Part shown: piece after piece, positions 26,955 through 32,000 of the stretch
How positions within the stretch are numbered: position 1 is the first letter of the stretch
Layout of the letters: every line of letters begins with the position of its first letter
Source of the DNA: Promethearchaeota archaeon
Lineage (GTDB): Archaea; Asgardarchaeota; Lokiarchaeia; Sigyniarchaeales; SOKP01
Reading direction: 5' to 3'
Assembly: GCA_030606485.1 (NCBI GenBank)
Contig: JAUWGH010000001.1
Span: 390,001 to 422,000, forward strand
DNA length: 32,000 nt
Program-made: the position numbers and the translations under genes
Notes under the pieces: model-generated
Database searches by the model: none
What the model was told of the DNA's origin: nothing
The model's input: only the letters and a program-made list of their open reading frames with translations

Positions 26955-27485
26955 ATGTCTTCATATAAACTTAAGGTTCTTTTATGCGGTGCTGCCGCAG
27001 TGGGAAAGACCGCATTAGTTCAGCGTTTTATTAAGAATCGATTCGCTACTAACTATAAACTAACTGTTGGTGTGGATATTTTAACAAAGGACGTTAATTA
27101 TGAAGGAGACGAGATTGCAACGTTAAGTATATGGGATATTGGGGGACAACAAAGATTTGAATTCATTAGAAGCACGTTTTATAAGGGTGCAGCGGGAGTT
27201 CTTCTAGTTTTCGATCTCTCAAGGGCGCAGACTTATGCCGAAATCCGAAAATGGTTAGCGGAGATTCGACAATTTGCTGGAGAACATATACCTTTTGTTC
27301 TAGTAGGAAATAAAGTTGATTTAATTGAGGATGTTGGTGAAGTTATTGACAGGGAGGAAGCAAAAAGATTTGGGGAATCAGAAAATTCGATTTACATTGA
27401 AACATCTGCGAAGACTGGAGTGCATGTTGAGGAGTCTTTTGGTGAATTGACCAGACGAATTATTAAATCTCGTTCAGGCCAATAA
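26955..27485 (+). CDS. Rab-like small GTPase (no prenylation motif)
   Basis: G1 GAAAVGKT, G2 YKLTVG, G3 WDIGGQ, RFEFIRSTFYKGA, G4 NKVD, G5 ETSAK; ends SRSGQ. Confidence 0.95.
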   Translation: MSSYKLKVLLCGAAAVGKTALVQRFIKNRFATNYKLTVGVDILTKDVNYEGDEIATLSIWDIGGQQRFEFIRSTFYKGAAGVLLVFDLSRAQTYAEIRKWLAEIRQFAGEHIPFVLVGNKVDLIEDVGEVIDREEAKRFGESENSIYIETSAKTGVHVEESFGELTRRIIKSRSGQ

Positions 27486-27730
27486 TTTATAGATTCAGTC
27501 TTATCTTTTTAAAATTTAAAATTTTAGGTCATTATATTTTACGTAATCTAATTTTTTTAATTAATTTATTTTTAATTCAATTAGTGAGGAAATTCTTACA
27601 TTAATTTAAATATTTATAAATTTGAAGTAATAATTAGAAAATATCTTTGTTTAAATGGTTTCTACTCTTACATCTTTAATTCATTACTTTAAATTAATTG
27701 AGATTTTTGAAAAATAAGTTGGGAAAAAGA

Positions 27731-27862
27731 TTAATCTTCTCCCAATGCATCAAGAACATCTTTATGTTCTTTTATTATATCATCTATTATTGATTTTGTT
27801 ATTTCTTTATCATTTAACTTTTTAATTTCTTTTTTTTCCTTTTCAATAGTCTTTTCTGTCAT
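27731..27862 (-). CDS. Unannotated 43-aa protein, putative Doc antitoxin (neutralising helix only)
   Basis: MTEKTIEKEKKEIKKLNDKEITKSIIDDIIKEHKDVLDALGED*; starts 34 nt after the Doc-like stop on the same strand. Confidence 0.6.
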   Translation of the reverse strand: MTEKTIEKEKKEIKKLNDKEITKSIIDDIIKEHKDVLDALGED

Positions 27863-27896
27863 TTTCAACTCAAATTGAATATAGTATGGTCTTTAT

Positions 27897-28291
27897 TTAT
27901 AATTTTTCATAATTTTTTCTAATCCATCTAGAAATTTCGTTTTGATCAATTTCTTCTCTTGCAATTTTTAAACAAAATTCGATAATTTTTTCTTTAGTAG
28001 TTTTTTCTGAAGATTTTAAATGATACCCATTTTGTTTAAGGAATAATTGCGAAGCAATAAATCCAATCCTTTTATTTCCATCTGAAAAATGATGTTTTGG
28101 GTAAGATCAAACCATAAGATTGCCACTTTTTCCCAAAAACCAATTTTTTTAAAAGGTAATCCAAATTTTACTTTATCTAAAATGCTTTTTACTCCTTTTT
28201 CATTTAGTAAAACAACATTTCTCAAATTTTTATATTCCTTTTGCAAAATCTTAAAAATTAATATTATATCTTCAAAATCGGGATACCACAT
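27897..28291 (-). pseudogene. doc: Fic/Doc (death-on-curing) toxin split by a 1-nt frameshift (or sequencing error)
   Basis: MWYPDFEDII...WFDLTQ in one frame; HHFSDGNKRIGFIASQLFLKQNGY...EISRWIRKNYEKL* (motif at 28068-28094) in the shifted frame. One extra base at 28095-28098 gives 131 aa. TTTTTATA lies about 28 nt upstream of ATG 28291. Confidence 0.85.
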
Positions 28292-28517
28292 TAATATATC
28301 GTTGTTATTTCCTTTAACTATAAAAATTTGAAAAGCACCAGATGTAAGAATAATAAATTTTTCTCCAATTAAAACATTATTTTTCTTGTGTTTTAAGGAA
28401 TCCATAAATTAAAACAACGTTAAAGAAATTTGTAAACTTGAAAATTTATTTTTTAAAAAATCCAATTATTTAAAATTATAATATTAAAAGGGCAAATTAT
28501 TTTTTCTAACTTAATTG

Positions 28518-29921
28518 CTAATGAAATTCTTCATGGAGTGTATTTACAGCTTTTTCGATATCTTCCTTACTAATAACTAATGATATATTTAATCCTTCGG
28601 AGGATTGAGAAATTGATTTAACATTGATATCATTTGAACTAAGAGCATTAAAGATGCGTGCTTTAATTTTTGTATCAAGAACTTGTAATCCGATGACTGC
28701 AAGTATTCCGACATACTCAATTTTGATATCAAAGAAATTTTTAAAGAAATCATTTTCTTTAATTAAATTTACTGCCTTTTCTCCTTCATTCATATTTACA
28801 ATAAATGTGGTATTAATTTCGCTGGAGCTTTGAGCGACTAAAGAAACATTTATTTTATTATCTCCCACAATGTTAAATATTTTGGCAAGAACACCGGGAA
28901 CTTCAACCATACTTCCTGAAGAAACAGTTATCATCGCAACTTCTTCGACAGTAGAGATTCCTTTTATGTTTGATTTATCGGTTTTTTCAGATATTATAGT
29001 AAATTGGGATTTTTCGAGAGGTTTATTAAAATTTCTAATCTCTAAGGGAATTTTATATGGTTCTATTGCTTCCAGACATTTCGGGTGCAGAATTTTTGCG
29101 CCGAAAAATGCCATTTCTTTTGCTTCGTTATAATCTAGAATTTTCACTAATTGTGGCTCGCAATTATTTATATATTTTGGGTCAGAAACAAGCAGTCCAT
29201 CAACATTCTTCCAGAGAATAACTTTGATATCTTTAAATTGACAAGTATTATAAATTACATGGGCGAGAATTGTCGCTGTATAATCAGATCCACCTCGACC
29301 TAGCGTAGTTATGTAACCAATTTTATTTCTACCAATAAACCCGGTAATACAAAATATTGTAATGTCATCTGGATTATCCAAGAGTGGGACCATTTTCTTC
29401 CTAATTCGGTTTTGTGTATATTTATAAAGTGGAAAAGCATTCCCGAAATTATCATCAGTTATTATTAATTCAGTTGAGGGGATAAATACTACATTATATC
29501 CGTTGATTTTGAGATATAGATGTAAAATATAAGTAGAGAAAATCTCTCCAAAACTTAGAACATAATCTTGATAATATAGCTCAAATCCAAACTCATTAAT
29601 GTCAATTAACGCATCTTCGAGTTCGCTAATTTTTTTATCAATATATTCTTTAGCGACATTTGCATATTCTTCATTATCACCAAAAATTTCATCGATTATG
29701 TCATAATTTTTTTTTTCGATAAAGGCAATATTTTTATCAATATCAATTCCCTTTTCTGCTTTATTGCCCATATCTAATAATAAATCAGTGATCCCTTTAA
29801 ATGCGGATGCTACATAAACTTTTTTATAATCTTTATAAATTTCCGTAATATTCAGAATGTTTTTAAATGACTCTTCGTCTTGTAAGCAGCTACCACCAAA
29901 TTTCATTATAACAATTGCCAT
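28518..29921 (-). CDS. lysC: Aspartate kinase with two ACT domains
   Basis: MKFGGSC, VASAFKGITD, SFGE, TTLGRGGSDYTA, EMAFFGAKILHP; ACT segments GVLAKIFNIV and ARIFNALS. Confidence 0.95.
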   Translation of the reverse strand: MAIVIMKFGGSCLQDEESFKNILNITEIYKDYKKVYVASAFKGITDLLLDMGNKAEKGIDIDKNIAFIEKKNYDIIDEIFGDNEEYANVAKEYIDKKISELEDALIDINEFGFELYYQDYVLSFGEIFSTYILHLYLKINGYNVVFIPSTELIITDDNFGNAFPLYKYTQNRIRKKMVPLLDNPDDITIFCITGFIGRNKIGYITTLGRGGSDYTATILAHVIYNTCQFKDIKVILWKNVDGLLVSDPKYINNCEPQLVKILDYNEAKEMAFFGAKILHPKCLEAIEPYKIPLEIRNFNKPLEKSQFTIISEKTDKSNIKGISTVEEVAMITVSSGSMVEVPGVLAKIFNIVGDNKINVSLVAQSSSEINTTFIVNMNEGEKAVNLIKENDFFKNFFDIKIEYVGILAVIGLQVLDTKIKARIFNALSSNDINVKSISQSSEGLNISLVISKEDIEKAVNTLHEEFH

Positions 29922-30038
29922 TTATCAATATACCCCGCTTATTCTAATAATTAATAATTTAAAATAAATAATCCTTTTGTTTTCAAAATTTTAAAAAAAA
30001 GAAATGAGAGAAAAAATAAAATAAATGCTATTTTTTAT

Positions 30039-30245
30039 TTATTTCTCAAGTTCAAAATTTATTTGCATTCTTACTCGATAGATTAGTTCATCTTTATCTT
30101 CTTTTACCTTAACATCAGATTGAATAATAGATATATTTCTAATACCCTTTAAACTCTTTTTTGCTACTTTATAACCTTCTTTTACGGCTTCAGCCCAATT
30201 TTTTTCTGATGTTGCTACTATTTCAATTGATTTATAAACAGGCAT
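30039..30245 (-). CDS. Dodecin-family small flavin-binding protein
   Basis: VYKSIEIVATSEKNWAEAV...AKKSLKGIR...YRVRMQINFELE; GAGTGA SD. Confidence 0.88.
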   Translation of the reverse strand: MPVYKSIEIVATSEKNWAEAVKEGYKVAKKSLKGIRNISIIQSDVKVKEDKDELIYRVRMQINFELEK

Positions 30246-30451
30246 TTTAATATCACTCTTTTATTAGAATTTTATGGTAATGTTAATTTTTATTTTCGAA
30301 TATTTAAATATTTGGAAAGTTGCAAATTGAAAACATAATTTCAAGGCATAAAAAAAAATTTGAGAATCTTCTGAAAAATTATTAGAAAGAAAAAGTGTTA
30401 TGAAAATATTTCTGCTAATATGTAATTTTAAGGAATTTATTCTATAATCCT

Positions 30452-32000
30452 TTATACACCAAAGCTATTTAAAAGATTCTGAATATCATCAATTTGTTTT
30501 GATATGTTAGCTTTTATGGCTTTTATCTTTTGTGATTTCTTATTAAACTCTTCTGAGGTTATTTCTCCTGAAATTTCTTTTATATCAAGGTCGAGTTCCA
30601 TTTTAGAAATATTTGCAAATTTAATCTTTAAATCCATTAAGGTTTTTTCAAGTTCATTTTTTTGTGTGCCTTCTTGATCACTTACGGTTGTTGTTGGGGG
30701 TTTGGTTGGGACTGGTGTTGGTTGAGTTAAAGGCTTCGGAATAGAGGGTTGAGGTGGAGCTTTCGGTGGGGCGGGTGGTTGTGGTGGTTTTTTAGAATCA
30801 GGTAAAGGCTGTTGATATGGTGATTTAGCTTTAGTAGTGTATGGTTTTGATTTTTGTTGAGGTTGAGGTTCTTCTTGTTTTATAGCACTAAATGGACTAA
30901 TTGTTAATGAGGGTTTAGGTCCGGTGGGTTTTGCGGATAAGATATTTGTTGGACGAGGTTTAATTTTAAAATCTTCGAGATTAATTGTTAATTTTGGTTG
31001 TGTGGATTGTGATTTAGGTGAAGTTGGCTTTGGAGTAGCTTTAGGTTCAGGTATAGTTGTTTTTTTTATTGCTGGTGGTTTAGCAATCGCTGGTTTCGGA
31101 GCTGTTTTAGGTTCAAGCACAGTTGGGATTTTTTTTGCTGAAGGTTTAGAAATCGCTGGTTTTGGAGGGGCTTTAGGTTCAGGTACAGTTGATTTTTTTA
31201 TTGCTGGTGGTTTAGGAATTGCTGGTTTTGTAGCAGCTTTAGGTTCAGGTGATGTTGATTCAACCGATGCAGGTTGAGCTTCTTCTTTTTGTTTAACAAT
31301 TTCAACTGGGGTTGTTTCCATCTTTATTAAAATTTCTTTAATCTTCTGGGCTTTTTCATTAAATTCATTTCCTAAACTATCATCACCTAAATCAAGACAT
31401 AAATCTGCAATTTTTTCAAATAATATTAAAGCATTTTGGAAATTGCCTTCATTAAGTGATAATTCAGCTTCTTGTAATAATTTATCTCTCTCAATCAATG
31501 GTTTCAATAAGGGACTTACTTCTGCACTCATTTCAAGGATATCAGCAATTATTGTAATCATTTTATCACGATTTTCACTTCTATTTGCAATCATCTTATA
31601 AGTTTTTAAACCTAAAATGTTCTCAATTTCTGATACAGGAAGTGCAGGTGAAAGATCTTGTTTGTTTCCAATTATTGCAGTATGTGCATGGGGTGCTTCA
31701 TCTTTTATTAAATCGAGGAAAAATCTACTTTTTTCTATATTTTCTAAAGTGGAATCTGTAATGAGAAGAACTGCATCGCTACCTTTAACAAAATTATTCC
31801 ATAAATAGCTAAACTGTTCTTGTCCTGCAAAATCCCACAAATGAAAGTGTAATTTCCCTATCTTAATAGTTGCTATATCTCCAGTTATAGTAGGAATATG
31901 TTCCATCGGTATTTCTTCAGCCCTAATTAATCTAGTTATTGTTGTTTTTCCAACACCAGAAAATCCTACGAGTGAAATTTTGGGGCGTAAATTTTTATGA
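30452..32000 (-). CDS. Multidomain Arf/Rab-like GTPase (5'-truncated): GTPase, MIT/TPR-like hairpin, Pro/Lys-rich region, coiled-coil/SHOCT-like tail
   Basis: Frame is open 31 codons upstream of the tracked ATG to the window edge and contains the P-loop GFSGVGKT (31943-31966); PTI, WDFAGQ and NKQD follow. Confidence 0.92.
   Translation of the reverse strand, partial: HKNLRPKISLVGFSGVGKTTITRLIRAEEIPMEHIPTITGDIATIKIGKLHFHLWDFAGQEQFSYLWNNFVKGSDAVLLITDSTLENIEKSRFFLDLIKDEAPHAHTAIIGNKQDLSPALPVSEIENILGLKTYKMIANRSENRDKMITIIADILEMSAEVSPLLKPLIERDKLLQEAELSLNEGNFQNALILFEKIADLCLDLGDDSLGNEFNEKAQKIKEILIKMETTPVEIVKQKEEAQPASVESTSPEPKAATKPAIPKPPAIKKSTVPEPKAPPKPAISKPSAKKIPTVLEPKTAPKPAIAKPPAIKKTTIPEPKATPKPTSPKSQSTQPKLTINLEDFKIKPRPTNILSAKPTGPKPSLTISPFSAIKQEEPQPQQKSKPYTTKAKSPYQQPLPDSKKPPQPPAPPKAPPQPSIPKPLTQPTPVPTKPPTTTVSDQEGTQKNELEKTLMDLKIKFANISKMELDLDIKEISGEITSEEFNKKSQKIKAIKANISKQIDDIQNLLNSFGV
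31020..31249 (-). repeat. 66-nt (22-aa) tandem repeat, 3 full copies plus 1 partial
   Basis: TTAGGTTC at 31041, 31107, 31173 and 31239; PEPKAATKPAIPKPPAIKKSTV / PEPKAPPKPAISKPSAKKIPTV / LEPKTAPKPAIAKPPAIKKTTI / PEPKATPKP. Confidence 0.92.

Noticed and set aside
28092-28102. Canonical programmed -1 ribosomal frameshift site
   Set aside because: The in-frame heptamer is C CAA AAC, not X XXY YYZ, and no obvious downstream stem-loop is visible in the AT-rich sequence
28016-28405. 129-aa ORF as given in the track, and antisense ORF 28089..28331
   Set aside because: Chimera of an upstream non-coding extension, the Doc N-terminus and an out-of-frame tail; better explained as frameshifted doc 27897..28291
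28624-31808. Plus-strand ORFs 28624..28833, 28870..29133, 30924..31277 and 31617..31808
   Set aside because: Antisense shadows of lysC and the GTPase; the Gly-rich repeat in 30924..31277 only mirrors the Pro codons

Overview
AT-rich archaeal window, most likely from an Asgard archaeon (Lokiarchaeia-like). This is inferred from the unprenylated Rab-like and Arf-like GTPases, the MIT/TPR-like helical repeats and the archaeal promoter/SD signals. The ORF track misses a >1296-aa minus-strand gene (1..3890, runs off the left edge) built of about 12 MIT/TPR-like modules joined by long charged helices. Most of the window (4-26.7 kb) is a surface-glycosylation island with two parts. (i) Two NDP-sugar 4-epimerases, split by a PIN/UPF0175 toxin-antitoxin pair, sit next to a sulfate-activation block: RHH regulator, sat, an alkaline-phosphatase-superfamily enzyme, cysC and a divergent TSUP transporter. 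The block has 10-bp-phased operator-like arrays and no recognisable sulfotransferase or PAPS reductase. (ii) A 12.8-kb co-oriented heptose block carries hddA, gmhA, gmhB, a DPM1-like GT2, two GT-C-like membrane proteins, GtrA, a Ca-binding surface protein, transaldolase, a motif-degenerate HldE-like kinase, split transketolase and an RMD/DmhA-like SDR. The right end holds a frameshifted methyltransferase, a UPF0104 flippase-like protein, a Rab-like GTPase, a frameshifted Doc/Fic toxin with an unannotated 43-aa antitoxin-like ORF, aspartate kinase, dodecin and a 5'-truncated multidomain Arf-like GTPase with 22-aa Pro/Lys repeats. No rRNA, tRNA, CRISPR array or transposase was seen. All family assignments come from motif recognition by eye; no database searches were run.
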